From IMG/VR virus record IMGVR_UViG_3300020577_003313: a DNA stretch of 64,000 bases, one strand, 5' to 3'. Numbering within the stretch: the stretch's first letter is position 1; each line of letters begins with the position of its first letter. The DNA is from a virus (Duplodnaviria > Caudoviricetes). The notes under the pieces were generated by a model, which worked only from the letters and a program-made list of their open reading frames with translations, did not search any database and was not told the origin of the DNA. Below, in pieces: positions 9,254 to 19,623 of this stretch. The position numbers and the translations under genes were made by a program.

Positions 9254-10288
9254 TTACCACTGGATATTTATTGTTCTAGCAGTTTTCTGAGCTTCTTGTT
9301 TAGTTGGTAGATTAAACTTAGATCTAGTTGCAGTTACCTTAGGTAATCCCCAACATTCTTCTTTCCAAGGACAAAGCTTACATTCGAAATCTCCCATCTC
9401 TACTTTAAGCTTATCCTTCTGTGCTCCTTTAGCTAGCCACTTATCCACAGCTTCCACATCTGCCTTTCTAGTAAGTAAACCTAGTTGGTGCAGAGTAGTA
9501 ATCTTTTCCTCCGAGTACTTTATGTCAAAGTCTCTAGGAGGTAGTAGTTTGTTGTTAATGAAATCACTAAGCTGATGGTATCTAGCATGAATATTCTTTA
9601 CAGCTAGGTGCGCCATCTTTATATTCTTAGTAGAAGTGTGAACGGTTGGAATACCTTCGTCATCCAAAGTTACGTAATAATCCCATAACATGGTTAAAGG
9701 ACTATTGTGCTTTTTTGATTTGATCTGATAGTTTTCTGTTCTAGAGACATACCAGATATACCACTTCTTAGGTAGTGCGTTGTCCTTGGGCATAAATGTC
9801 CTGTAGTAATCTAGGTACAGGACAGCCTGCATAACATGTTCTTCTGCTGGCTCTTCTATTGTCTTAGATGCCTTGTATTCCCCAACGGACTTTATTTCCA
9901 GCCCTACTGGTTCGTTACTATTGTAGTCCCAAGCAATGATATCACATCGACCAGATACATTGATTCTAGGATCAAAAAAGCTATGCTCTACGGCAAGTCT
10001 TTGAAGACCCATCTTGAATCCGTGTGTATCTATTAGTTCAACAACTAGCTCAGAGATCTTATCTCCAATCATTGCTGATATGGAGTAGTCTACTTCTCCT
10101 ACAGAAGTAGTAGGCTCATCTGTAACTCTGTAATACTGCTCTCTTAGGCAAGAGCCTATTACCTTTCTCCCTATGGGAGAAGAAACTTCCACCGAAGCCG
10201 AGCTAGGATGGAAGAATACACTTTTTCTAATGCCCTCGAAAGAGGGCTGAGCTAGTGCTGATTTAAGTCTAGTCGATAAATCGTTCAC
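9254..10288 (-). CDS. Cas4-like PD-(D/E)XK exonuclease with Fe-S cysteines
   Basis: N-terminal Cys (GSCLR), SGRCD...EIKS, QxxxY, C-terminal CKLCPWKEEC. Confidence 0.8.
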   Translation of the reverse strand: MNDLSTRLKSALAQPSFEGIRKSVFFHPSSASVEVSSPIGRKVIGSCLREQYYRVTDEPTTSVGEVDYSISAMIGDKISELVVELIDTHGFKMGLQRLAVEHSFFDPRINVSGRCDIIAWDYNSNEPVGLEIKSVGEYKASKTIEEPAEEHVMQAVLYLDYYRTFMPKDNALPKKWYIWYVSRTENYQIKSKKHNSPLTMLWDYYVTLDDEGIPTVHTSTKNIKMAHLAVKNIHARYHQLSDFINNKLLPPRDFDIKYSEEKITTLHQLGLLTRKADVEAVDKWLAKGAQKDKLKVEMGDFECKLCPWKEECWGLPKVTATRSKFNLPTKQEAQKTARTINIQW

Positions 10289-10300
10289 AACATAGATACG

Positions 10301-10708
10301 TCATATCTTTACACTAGCTAGCCCTGAATTTCTAACAACATTAAAAGCAATAGCTTTAGGAGTATCTGGTTCTTTTGGATCCACATCGTTGATTAGGTAT
10401 CTAGGACCTAGACCTACGCCCATGACCATAGCATCATAGACTATACCGGCATTACTTAGCTGTTTTGCCGTTAACTCTCTTGTGCATTCAGGTCTAGCTG
10501 TGGTGATAATAATTTTGAATCCTCGGCAGTGCCAGTCTGTAATCTTTTGTACAGCTTCTGGTAACGCTGGAAGTGTATCAACAGATACACTGTAAAGAAA
10601 TTGCTCTTTGTGTTCTAGGATGGTTCCGTCGATATCACAAAAAATTACTCCAGGCAATCTTGCCGGAGGATTATTCTGGCCATTCGGTGACTTCATTTGA
10701 TTCTCCAA
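10301..10708 (-). CDS. HAD-superfamily phosphatase
   Basis: FCDIDGT, ITTAR, LIND. Confidence 0.8.
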   Translation of the reverse strand: MENQMKSPNGQNNPPARLPGVIFCDIDGTILEHKEQFLYSVSVDTLPALPEAVQKITDWHCRGFKIIITTARPECTRELTAKQLSNAGIVYDAMVMGVGLGPRYLINDVDPKEPDTPKAIAFNVVRNSGLASVKI

Positions 10709-13199
10709 TGTTGTCTTCGTTTGTAACTATACTTCCGTTTACGTCAAACTTTAGTCCGGTGGATGTCTCTATTCCTACTAGAGGTCCAGTCTTAGCTTCT
10801 AAAGTAGAATAACATCCTACTATTCCTGTAGTTTCATTATCATACTTGAAGTAGACAGAACCACGCTCACCGGCGCCTGATTTATTCTTCTGGAAGTCTA
10901 GCTCGATAATTGGTTTATACTTTCCAGGAGTGCCCCACTTAGCTTTAACTAGTGGATCTTTAACTGAAGTATACATACCAACTGCTTCGTTCCAGACTAC
11001 GCCTACAGTATCCATATCGAATTCGATCTTGCCTGATTCAGAAATAGATGTCAGAGTAGGTTTCTCACCTCTAGTTCTATTCTTTACCATTTCTAGGGTC
11101 ATCATTACTGTGCAAGGAACTTTAGCGCACAATGATTTTGCCCAGATAGATGAGGTAAGAATCTTGATTCTGGTATCAGAATCTGAATCATTCTTCACGT
11201 TGTGAAGAGAGTCAATACAGAATAGGATTGGATTACCTGTGGCATCCTGAGTATCTTTGATCCACTCTTCAGCTCTATTGATACTTCTGCCATACTTATC
11301 GTCTTTGAAGACGAGCTTTCTTTCTGAGGTTAAGGATCTGATTAGATCCTGCGCCTGTCTCATTTTAATGATGTCTTCTGCTGATCTCTTGACGTTATTA
11401 ATAACTTTCTTCATTGGCACACCGCTGATCATACTGACCAGTCTGTATGCAATAGACTTTCTGTTATCGTCAATAGCCCAGTAGCAGATAGCTATATCGT
11501 TATTCTTTTGAGCCATGTTAACGGCTAGGTTAAGCATGATAGCAGACTTGCCGTGCTGAGGAGCACCAGCAAAAGCAATAGCTCTACCAGCCTTCAAAGG
11601 CTTAGGAATACCATCTAGCATGGTGTCTAGAGGATCAAATCCAGTTACCCATCCGTGGATGCCCTCCTTATGGGCATTCATTTCCACGAATACATCGTCA
11701 AGGAATTCAATAGTCTCATTGACTGAGACTAGATGTCTATCCTTTTTAGTTGTATGGCTTGTCTCGATATTAGACAGAGTTTTAGATAGAACGATCTGAA
11801 GATCATCAGAGGTCTTTACTCTCTTTAGGTCCTTTAAGAGGTTCTCTCTAACTCTTTCTGCATCATTCTTTTCAAGGCGATCAATCTCTGCCTTGATATC
11901 GTCTCTTTCGATCTTTGTGTACTTGGCTAGAGTACTAATCATTTGACCGCGCTCTATCTGATCTGGCTCATTGATAATGAGCTTGATCATATTCTTGGCG
12001 AAGTTGTTAGTAAAGCCAGGATTCTGTTCAGTATCTAGGGCAGCAGAGTGTTTCTTAATTAGGTGTTCAAAAACACCTACTGGTTTTAGCTTTCTGTATT
12101 CCTGAATACCATACTTTCTGATATAGAAGTCTGGGTCATTCTGACCCTTTACTTTTCTATCTTCCTCAGACAATGGAAGATCCATTGTCGTTACCTTAAG
12201 ACCACTATACCCGGAGAACTTTTCAATATACTTCTCCATATTATTCTGGCCAGTAGAGTCTTGATCTAAGACCAGATTGATGTGCTGGAATCCTAAGTTT
12301 CTGATAATCTCTACATGGTTATCAGTTAGAGCAGTTCCGCCCAGGGCTACACAATTTCTATAACCTTCTTGCTGAGCTGTTACTGCACTACCATAGCCTT
12401 CAAAAATATCCAGTCTCATAGATCCCATCTTCTTGGCGAGATCTAGGCAGTAGAGTAGCTTATCCTTATGGTAGTAAGGGTTATCCTTGATAGAAGTATT
12501 TCTGTACTTCGGGATCTTAGATCCCTCTGTAAATAAGATGTATCTAGCCACTACACCTTTCATTACTCCGGTGTAATCTCTGATGCAGAAAGTAATAAAG
12601 TCCGGACCAAATAATTCATCCGTGATGCCCATCGACTTTAGTTCTTCTTCTGGAAGTCTAGTAGTCTTGGACAGATCTGTTAGGAACTTGGCATAGTTTT
12701 TGATAGATCCAATTCCTAAGCTCTTGCAGATTTCTCTGTTCCATCCTCTCTTTACTGCATGAGAGATGTCGGTATGAACAAAATCGTGGCTGTCTTTATC
12801 AAGACAGGTCATCAATTTATACACAGCTTCGTAGACACTATCGTACTTAAAATTAGAAAGCTGTTCGTCTGTAAACTCAATAGGCTCATACTCTACTGAA
12901 TACTTTTTGAGTATGTACTCTAGGTTGTCTCTTACAAACCCTACTCCTTGTAGTGGCTTGTCTTCTAGACAAGCTGCGGCTCCATAAATATCTGCCGACA
13001 TTCCACAAGAGAAACACTTAACATAAGTTTCATCACTATCTGGAACAAATGCACACGAAGGATTTTTATCATCATGGTCTGGGCTTATGCAACACATCCA
13101 ATCATTTGTTCCCTTCCTTACAATATTTACTCCCATGTCTTCTAGGTATTGACGAAGAAATGGTTTTCCTTTATCTACTAAGTTTTTGATATCGTTCAT
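10671..13199 (-). CDS. DNA primase-helicase fusion (CHC2 Zn finger + TOPRIM + DnaB-like)
   Basis: C-x-x-x-x-H...CFSC finger, EG...DQD TOPRIM, Walker A GAPQHGKS, ESGKIEFDMD. Confidence 0.9.
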   Translation of the reverse strand: MNDIKNLVDKGKPFLRQYLEDMGVNIVRKGTNDWMCCISPDHDDKNPSCAFVPDSDETYVKCFSCGMSADIYGAAACLEDKPLQGVGFVRDNLEYILKKYSVEYEPIEFTDEQLSNFKYDSVYEAVYKLMTCLDKDSHDFVHTDISHAVKRGWNREICKSLGIGSIKNYAKFLTDLSKTTRLPEEELKSMGITDELFGPDFITFCIRDYTGVMKGVVARYILFTEGSKIPKYRNTSIKDNPYYHKDKLLYCLDLAKKMGSMRLDIFEGYGSAVTAQQEGYRNCVALGGTALTDNHVEIIRNLGFQHINLVLDQDSTGQNNMEKYIEKFSGYSGLKVTTMDLPLSEEDRKVKGQNDPDFYIRKYGIQEYRKLKPVGVFEHLIKKHSAALDTEQNPGFTNNFAKNMIKLIINEPDQIERGQMISTLAKYTKIERDDIKAEIDRLEKNDAERVRENLLKDLKRVKTSDDLQIVLSKTLSNIETSHTTKKDRHLVSVNETIEFLDDVFVEMNAHKEGIHGWVTGFDPLDTMLDGIPKPLKAGRAIAFAGAPQHGKSAIMLNLAVNMAQKNNDIAICYWAIDDNRKSIAYRLVSMISGVPMKKVINNVKRSAEDIIKMRQAQDLIRSLTSERKLVFKDDKYGRSINRAEEWIKDTQDATGNPILFCIDSLHNVKNDSDSDTRIKILTSSIWAKSLCAKVPCTVMMTLEMVKNRTRGEKPTLTSISESGKIEFDMDTVGVVWNEAVGMYTSVKDPLVKAKWGTPGKYKPIIELDFQKNKSGAGERGSVYFKYDNETTGIVGCYSTLEAKTGPLVGIETSTGLKFDVNGSIVTNEDNIGESNEVTEWPE

Positions 13200-13911
13200 G
13201 AGTTATTTTTCTAGTTCTCAGATACTAAACTACGCCGAGTGCCCTGCTCGATCTTATTATCAGGCCAATCCAAAGTTGTTTGATACTAGAGAAGCTATCA
13301 CTGCTTATCTAGTTGGTAATCTATTAAAACACTTAATCTCAGAAGCTCAAAATGGAAAAGTGCTCTCTGAGGAAAAAGCTAATAAGGAGCTTAACATTTT
13401 GTGGAGTAAGATCCACAAAAAGATCACGTTTAAGTATAGTCCTAACGACATGATCATCTTTCAGTCTTATATCAAAAGACTGATGCTGCACTTCTACGGT
13501 CACGAGAAAATTGAAGTATTAGTCAGTGACCAAAATTTTGAATACCAGATCGAGGACAATGTAATAACTATACCTCTTTCTGTCTTCAGAGTTTCCTCAT
13601 CTGTCTACGTCTATTACATAGACATGGATATTTTCGTAGACGATACTCCTGTAGGCTACACTTTCATAGAACATATCGTGTATAGGTTAGGGAGAGAAAT
13701 TTGTAAAGGACACACCTATGCTATGAAGCCTGTAATCTACCGAGCCCAAACTCTAAGAACTTATCAATGTATTGATAACTCGCGCGTAGATAATGCACTA
13801 GACTCCATGATGCAGTCGATGACTAAAGTATTCTATCCTAGAATAACTGATAACTGCAAATTTTGTAACCGAAAAGAATCGTGTAGATGGTATGAACAAA
13901 AAACCAATTAA
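13198..13911 (+). CDS. Degenerate Cas4/PD-(D/E)XK-like protein
   Basis: SSSQILNYAECP N-terminus and CKFCNRKESC C-terminus; catalytic motif not evident; ATG at 13198 preferred as start. Confidence 0.55.
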   Translation: MSYFSSSQILNYAECPARSYYQANPKLFDTREAITAYLVGNLLKHLISEAQNGKVLSEEKANKELNILWSKIHKKITFKYSPNDMIIFQSYIKRLMLHFYGHEKIEVLVSDQNFEYQIEDNVITIPLSVFRVSSSVYVYYIDMDIFVDDTPVGYTFIEHIVYRLGREICKGHTYAMKPVIYRAQTLRTYQCIDNSRVDNALDSMMQSMTKVFYPRITDNCKFCNRKESCRWYEQKTN

Positions 13912-15343
13912 GATACTAATCAGTACTCATTCGCCACAAACCCCAACGGGGTTAGGAGCTACTGTAAGAAACATATTCAAGCCATTGATTCAGCACTATC
14001 CTGGGAAATATGATATTAGCCAGCTAGGTTACTTTCATATTCCTGATCAGCAGTTTCATATGTTTGATATTCCTTGGCCTATCTATCATACAAAGATCAA
14101 TAGAAAGCCAGACAATAGTTTAGAACATGATCCTGCGGATATGTATGGCCAACAATCATTTACTGAAGTAGTAAGTAGAGTTAAGCCAGACATTGTATTT
14201 GGTTACGGAGATATGTGGCACTTTGACCATCTGTTGAATTCTCCTTTGAGAAATTCTTTCAGACTTCTAAGCTACTACACCATCGACGGCCAGCCCTACT
14301 ACGGCAATCTTGAAGCAGATGGAAGTACAGAGTGGGGTAAGAAATTAACAAAGACAGATCGTCTTGTAGTGCTGTCACACTTTGGTGTGAAGTCTTTGAA
14401 GGAATCTTGTCCGGAGTTATCTAGTACACCTATTGATGTTAGGTACCATCCTCTCGATTTTAAGATGCACAAATTCCTGTCACCACAGGATAAGATGAAA
14501 TTTAGAAAGCAAGTTTTTGGTAATAATTTACCAGATGATGCTTTCATTATAGGCTGGTGCGGAAGAAATCAGTTCAGAAAACAGAACTATAAACTATGGG
14601 AAGCTCTGCACTACATGGTCTACGGAGACTATATTGAGTGCAAAGACTGTGGAAGAGTAACTCTAAAAGAGTTTAACCATTCTACTCGACAGACCCGCGC
14701 TGTCGGTGAGCTTACTATGTACGATGCCAACTATGATTACTCAGAGTGCTGGCATTGTAAGTCTAAGAACATTGTGAGCGGTAAACCGCTCAATAATGTA
14801 TTCATGTGGTTCCATATGTCGAAGGGAGAGAACTTCTACTCTCCAAACTTCCACGAAAGAATGTGGAACGTCAGTAATCGCTGCATCTGGACCAACGGAC
14901 TAGAAGGTGTTAGAGGTCTACCTGACCAATCAGTCTTTGATACAATGGCCCTATGGGACTGTATGTATTATCCTACTGGCGGAGAAGGGTTCAGTAACCC
15001 AGCTTTCGAAGTTCTAGCTTGTGGAGTTCCAGTTGTCTACGCCAACTATTCTTCTCATGCTGAGTTCTGTTCTCAAGGCGGACTTCCAGTCCGTGTTAGC
15101 TACATCCCTGAGCCAGTAATTGGTATTCAGAGATCTATCGTAGATACTGGACATGCTATCGAACAACTACTTAAGCTCTATAGAGATCCAGAGTTAAAAC
15201 TAAGACTGGGCGTCTCTGGTAGAAGTTATGTCTCTCAGTTCACTACTGACACCATGCCTATGGCATGGGATAGCATCTTTACTAGCATGATGAAACAACC
15301 ACTACCTGCTGAAGGTTCAAAAATATACACAACGGTGCTCTGA
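13892..15343 (+). CDS. GT4 glycosyltransferase with inserted Zn ribbon
   Basis: TGLG, GRNQFRK, EGFSNPAFE; CKDC...CWHC insertion. Confidence 0.85.
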   Translation: MNKKPIKILISTHSPQTPTGLGATVRNIFKPLIQHYPGKYDISQLGYFHIPDQQFHMFDIPWPIYHTKINRKPDNSLEHDPADMYGQQSFTEVVSRVKPDIVFGYGDMWHFDHLLNSPLRNSFRLLSYYTIDGQPYYGNLEADGSTEWGKKLTKTDRLVVLSHFGVKSLKESCPELSSTPIDVRYHPLDFKMHKFLSPQDKMKFRKQVFGNNLPDDAFIIGWCGRNQFRKQNYKLWEALHYMVYGDYIECKDCGRVTLKEFNHSTRQTRAVGELTMYDANYDYSECWHCKSKNIVSGKPLNNVFMWFHMSKGENFYSPNFHERMWNVSNRCIWTNGLEGVRGLPDQSVFDTMALWDCMYYPTGGEGFSNPAFEVLACGVPVVYANYSSHAEFCSQGGLPVRVSYIPEPVIGIQRSIVDTGHAIEQLLKLYRDPELKLRLGVSGRSYVSQFTTDTMPMAWDSIFTSMMKQPLPAEGSKIYTTVL

Positions 15344-15344
15344 A

Positions 15345-16529
15345 ATGGATTACTCTGATTTAACGTTTGATTGGGTAGGAGAGATCACCGCGATACGCGG
15401 TTATGGGCTACAGGCAAGAAGAATCTTGAGACCTCTTATTGAAGGCGGAGCCAACGTCAAATTAATTCAAGACGAGGACTATGTCCCTCAAGACAGAAGA
15501 ATCACTGACCCATGGTGGTTAGACCAAATCGAGAAGAGTAAAGCTAAACCAGATTCTCCCGTGAGAATCTGCTACTCGATTCCTAACCTCTACAAACCAA
15601 ACCCTAAGGCTATTAACATAGGCTACACTATGTGGGAGACCGATGAGTACCCGCGCGAGTGGGTACCACTTATAAACCAGATGAATAGATTCTGGGTAGG
15701 CACTCCTAGCTTAGTTCAAAGCGCAATCAAGGCTAAGGTAACAGTACCTATTGATACAGTATCAGCCACTATTGATCTGACCGAATGGTCACCAACAGGA
15801 CCCGTTAGTAAGGTAGCGGAGATTCCTGATGGAACAGTCAAGTTCATGTTTGTGGGTGACTGGATTCCTAGAAAGAACTACCAAGACCTAGTTATAGCCT
15901 TCGGACACGCCTTTTCAGGCGTGGACGATGTAGCACTAATCATCAAGACCTGGTCCTCTAGCTCAAACCCAGAGGATAGAAAGCAGATCGAGAGAGGGGT
16001 TAGATTCTTCATGGACAAGCTAAAGGGCCTAACAAGGCCCAAGATCTACCTACTCGCAGATATGATCGAAGAGAAAGCTCTCATCAATTTAATGAGAGGC
16101 GCGGATGTGTATACTACAGCATCACACGGAGAAGGATTCGATCTACCTATGTGCCAGGCCATGGCATTAGGTAAAGTAGTAGTAGCAACCAACTACTTAG
16201 CCCATGCTGACTACATGGATGAAACTAACAGCATCCCTGTAAAGTATACTAAGCGCCCGGTTACATTCGCCTCGGCGCCAATGTATGATGCTTACCAGAT
16301 GTGGAGTGCTCCAGACATGGAGGACTACATAAACAAGCTAAGAATAGCTTACCATGTGGTAAAGTCTAAGCAGGCGCATCTTCTCGGAGAGAAGGCACGA
16401 AGCACGGTAACAAACTTGTTCTCACCAGAGAACAACACACCTAAGATAGCTCAGGTGATAAGAAAAGCACTAGGCAAAGATGCTAGTAGCAAGGGCATCC
16501 TAGAGCTAATCAACTCTATTCTTCCTTGA
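15345..16529 (+). CDS. GT4 glycosyltransferase
   Basis: GYG, TMWET, RKN, EGFDLP. Confidence 0.85.
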   Translation: MDYSDLTFDWVGEITAIRGYGLQARRILRPLIEGGANVKLIQDEDYVPQDRRITDPWWLDQIEKSKAKPDSPVRICYSIPNLYKPNPKAINIGYTMWETDEYPREWVPLINQMNRFWVGTPSLVQSAIKAKVTVPIDTVSATIDLTEWSPTGPVSKVAEIPDGTVKFMFVGDWIPRKNYQDLVIAFGHAFSGVDDVALIIKTWSSSSNPEDRKQIERGVRFFMDKLKGLTRPKIYLLADMIEEKALINLMRGADVYTTASHGEGFDLPMCQAMALGKVVVATNYLAHADYMDETNSIPVKYTKRPVTFASAPMYDAYQMWSAPDMEDYINKLRIAYHVVKSKQAHLLGEKARSTVTNLFSPENNTPKIAQVIRKALGKDASSKGILELINSILP

Positions 16530-17025
16530 TGGGAGGCTCGGGATTCGAGCCTTCCTGTGCATCAGCGATATCCTCGCCGATCTCCAGAGTAGCTAAGGCT
16601 AGGTTACCGAATATATCTAGAAGGGGGAAGCTGTCGATCAGTCTTCCCCATAGCTGTAAAGCTATTTGAATAAAGATAATGATCTCGATGTCACTATTCT
16701 TTGCTGCAAAATCTTCTATTTCGGAACCATCTGTTGACTCTCCAGTCTCTGGATCTATCATTGACAAGACTGAATGGAAAGTCATCGAATAGAGTTCTTT
16801 TTCTGGGTTAAAGTCTGCCCAGATCTTGTCATTATCAAATCCTAATCTGGAAGTCTTGGCATCATAGCGACTAGGAAACCTAACCGCTACAAAGTCTACC
16901 TTCCTCTCAGAATTTTGATTCGTTACTATACCGTAGGACATTTCAATCTCTGGTATATTCAGAGATGCGTCTTCTGGTATAGTAATAGAACCTGTTATTG
17001 ACTTGGGATAAACAGAAGCTGTCAC
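16516..17025 (-). CDS. Hypothetical acidic protein
   Basis: 169-aa ORF coupled to orn. Confidence 0.6.
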   Translation of the reverse strand: MTASVYPKSITGSITIPEDASLNIPEIEMSYGIVTNQNSERKVDFVAVRFPSRYDAKTSRLGFDNDKIWADFNPEKELYSMTFHSVLSMIDPETGESTDGSEIEDFAAKNSDIEIIIFIQIALQLWGRLIDSFPLLDIFGNLALATLEIGEDIADAQEGSNPEPPIKEE

Positions 17026-17606
17026 GTGGATGTCTGAGCCTTTACAGAACCGTTGACTAGCTCGATCATTTTTCTGTAAATGCTGATCGAGTATTCTAGG
17101 TCAGATATTGCTCTATGATTCTTAGAAGGGCTTTCGCCTTCTAGGAAAGTCTTGAAAGCAAGTCTGAAAACACTTACATCAAAGTTTCTGTAGTGAAGCC
17201 TAGAGTAGATGTTTGGCCAATCTATCTTTACCCACTCCTTATCGAAGTGGATAGAAGAACCTGCTATGATTAACTGATGGTTCGGCGGTAGCTTAGTATC
17301 AATCAATTGAGCAATCGCGGCCTCTTCTGTTACTATAGAATCCTCGTAGTAACAGTTCCTGCTCTCAATAGTGAGTAGGTCGAGAAGCCTATTCTTAGTA
17401 TGCATCTCAACAATATCTGGATGCATTAAAGACTTAGCAGATTCGACATTCTGTCGAATTAGGTTATCCTTTCTGAAGATCTCTCTTAGATTTAAGTCTG
17501 TACAGATACAGGCGTATTCTAAGATTCGACCGTTGTCTACATCGAGACCCGTGGTCTCTAGATCAATCCAGAGTAAGAACTGCGGGATATCAGTTTTATT
17601 TGTCAT
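17022..17606 (-). CDS. orn: Oligoribonuclease (DEDDh)
   Basis: WIDLETTGLD, GSSIHFD, HYRNFDVS, HRAISD. Confidence 0.85.
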   Translation of the reverse strand: MTNKTDIPQFLLWIDLETTGLDVDNGRILEYACICTDLNLREIFRKDNLIRQNVESAKSLMHPDIVEMHTKNRLLDLLTIESRNCYYEDSIVTEEAAIAQLIDTKLPPNHQLIIAGSSIHFDKEWVKIDWPNIYSRLHYRNFDVSVFRLAFKTFLEGESPSKNHRAISDLEYSISIYRKMIELVNGSVKAQTST

Positions 17607-18133
17607 GACAATTCAGCCTTAACCTTCATTAGTAAAGAATCTATTTCCCTTCTAGGAATGTTCATCTGCTCGGAAACTTCTTCAACACTTTGTTTGTCTA
17701 TGGCTATCCTAGTAAGGATAGCTTTCTCAGTATCATTAGAAGTTAGATCCTCAAGAATAAACTCCAGGCTATGGGCAATACCGTTAGTATGGGTAACTAC
17801 CATAGATTTGAAGTCAGTTTCTCGACGGCGCCTAACTGCAACTTTTCTGTATTCATCAATACAGAAATTCTTCACTGCATTAGTAATGTAAGAAAGTACA
17901 TTCTTATGCTTCTGAAGAATGTCGATGTTGTTAACTATCTTGGTCAATGTCCAGTTGATAGAAGACATTAACTCATAGTTAGTTATAGATAACTTCGAAG
18001 ATACCTTAACCTTCCAGGTTAAGAAAGGAGAAAGTATTGCTACAAACTCTTCTCTAGAACCTGGAATTCCATTCTTGATGTCATCAATTAATTGATGAAT
18101 CCTTACTTGGACTTCTTTCTTATCAGAGAAAGG
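17603..18133 (-). CDS. Sigma-factor-like protein; first ATG at 17968, but the frame is open up to 18133
   Basis: C-terminal region-4-like HTH (SVEEVSEQMNIPRREI), YITNAVKNFCIDEYRK region 2-like; upstream extension LIDDIKNGIPGSREEF resembles an ECF sigma N-terminus. Confidence 0.55.
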   Translation of the reverse strand, partial: PFSDKKEVQVRIHQLIDDIKNGIPGSREEFVAILSPFLTWKVKVSSKLSITNYELMSSINWTLTKIVNNIDILQKHKNVLSYITNAVKNFCIDEYRKVAVRRRRETDFKSMVVTHTNGIAHSLEFILEDLTSNDTEKAILTRIAIDKQSVEEVSEQMNIPRREIDSLLMKVKAELS

Positions 18134-18467
18134 TTATTGGGGCAGCGCCCCCATTTGTCACTGCTGGGGCCTTGCTAGAAGTTTCTACTTCAGGCGTAGG
18201 ACTGTCTTTCTTAGTTTCAGTCTTGATAACTGGGCTTCCGCCCACCTCAATACTCATACCAAGAGCAGACGCTACCGAGATGTAGCTAGCAATGTTAGCA
18301 GTTTCACCCTTCAAGATGGTCTTGATGGAGTTAGAAGACAATCCAGTCTCCTTAACTAGGGTACCCATTGAGATGTTCTTGGAAATAAATCCAGCACGAA
18401 GTGCTACGGAAATTTCCTTTACCTGCTGCAAAACTTTATCAGAGTGTGTCTTTGTCTTATTAGCCAT
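18123..18467 (-). CDS. XRE-type HTH protein
   Basis: LVKETGLSSNSIKTILKG...IASYISVASALG. Confidence 0.75.
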   Translation of the reverse strand: MANKTKTHSDKVLQQVKEISVALRAGFISKNISMGTLVKETGLSSNSIKTILKGETANIASYISVASALGMSIEVGGSPVIKTETKKDSPTPEVETSSKAPAVTNGGAAPITFL

Positions 18468-18502
18468 AATTTTGACCTTTATTTATTGAGTAATACGGTT
18501 CA

Positions 18503-19225
18503 TCACAAATTAATGACAACCGGCGGCTGTAGTGTTTTGTAATCTCTTTTCAAAGAGCAAACATTATACAGATCCACATTGCCTAACTTGGTGCTACCAT
18601 AAGCTTCGTGGATATGTCCAAATATCCCCGCCTTCAGCTTAGGTAACTGCTTAATTCTTTCTAGTAATCTAGTAGAGCCTACACGATTGCCTTCTAGGCA
18701 ATGATCTAGTGGCGATAACCTAGGAGGACCATGACAAACAAGTACTTCAGTATCATCTTCTATAGCAGAGTAAATCTTTCTTAGAAGAGGATGGTTAGTA
18801 TCTGGTTCAGCAGAAGGCCCTGGACCTCCGTGGTATGCATTATCCTTACCAGGATCGTGCTCTAGTCCATTAAACGCCCAATCAAAAAAGAAAGGTGTCC
18901 ACGGTGTACCATATACCTTTAGACCTTCTAAAGTAACGCTCTTATCTACAAGATAGTGAACATTACTAGGAATGTAATCCTTTATTTCTTTATTGGTATA
19001 CTTATTGGTTAAAGTTTTACCAGTAAAAAAGAAATCATGGTTACCAGGTATAAAGACTTTATGCTTAGCTTGATCTAAGCTAGAAAACCAGTTCAAGAAA
19101 CTTGATACTTCCATTTCAGATCCATGAAGAGTAGCATCTCCTGCATGAATTAGAATGTCGCATTCCTCTATTTGAATTCTGGAATGATTGTTGTGAGTAT
19201 CACTGATACAAACTAGCTTAGTCAT
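18503..19225 (-). CDS. Calcineurin-like metallophosphoesterase
   Basis: SDTH, HAGD, GNHD, HGPP, GHIHE. Confidence 0.9.
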   Translation of the reverse strand: MTKLVCISDTHNNHSRIQIEECDILIHAGDATLHGSEMEVSSFLNWFSSLDQAKHKVFIPGNHDFFFTGKTLTNKYTNKEIKDYIPSNVHYLVDKSVTLEGLKVYGTPWTPFFFDWAFNGLEHDPGKDNAYHGGPGPSAEPDTNHPLLRKIYSAIEDDTEVLVCHGPPRLSPLDHCLEGNRVGSTRLLERIKQLPKLKAGIFGHIHEAYGSTKLGNVDLYNVCSLKRDYKTLQPPVVINL

Positions 19226-19230
19226 GTTAT

Positions 19231-19623
19231 TTATGGTTGCTGAGTGTTACTAGGATCGGTATACTTACCGTGATTAACTAAATCTTCTCCTAGTTCTTTT
19301 TTAAGAGCTTCTAACTTCTTCTGCTTTCTCTTAAGAGCAGCAGCAGCTTTTTGTTTCTGGCGCTTAGCTTCAAGTTTTTCAAACCTTTTTTCGCGCTCTT
19401 TTTCTTCTGCGTAGGCTTCTTTAGCTTTCTCAACAATACTGGCATAGTCTATTTGTTCAGCTAATCTTAGCCCAAACGATTTATTGGACGAGCAGTAGAA
19501 TTTAAGAATCTCGTATTCCTCATCTGTTACCTCTTCCCAACTACCTAAAGATGTAACCACATCAATATTTTCATAATAAGTTGATGGTAGAGGGGCAGTT
19601 TGATACAAGATGATTCTACGCAT
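19231..19623 (-). CDS. Hypothetical protein with charged coiled coil
   Basis: ORF packing. Confidence 0.6.
   Translation of the reverse strand: MRRIILYQTAPLPSTYYENIDVVTSLGSWEEVTDEEYEILKFYCSSNKSFGLRLAEQIDYASIVEKAKEAYAEEKEREKRFEKLEAKRQKQKAAAALKRKQKKLEALKKELGEDLVNHGKYTDPSNTQQP

Noticed and set aside
9254-10288. CRISPR-Cas system suggested by Cas4-like genes
   Set aside because: No repeat-spacer array or other cas genes were seen; solo Cas4-like nucleases are common phage recombination enzymes.
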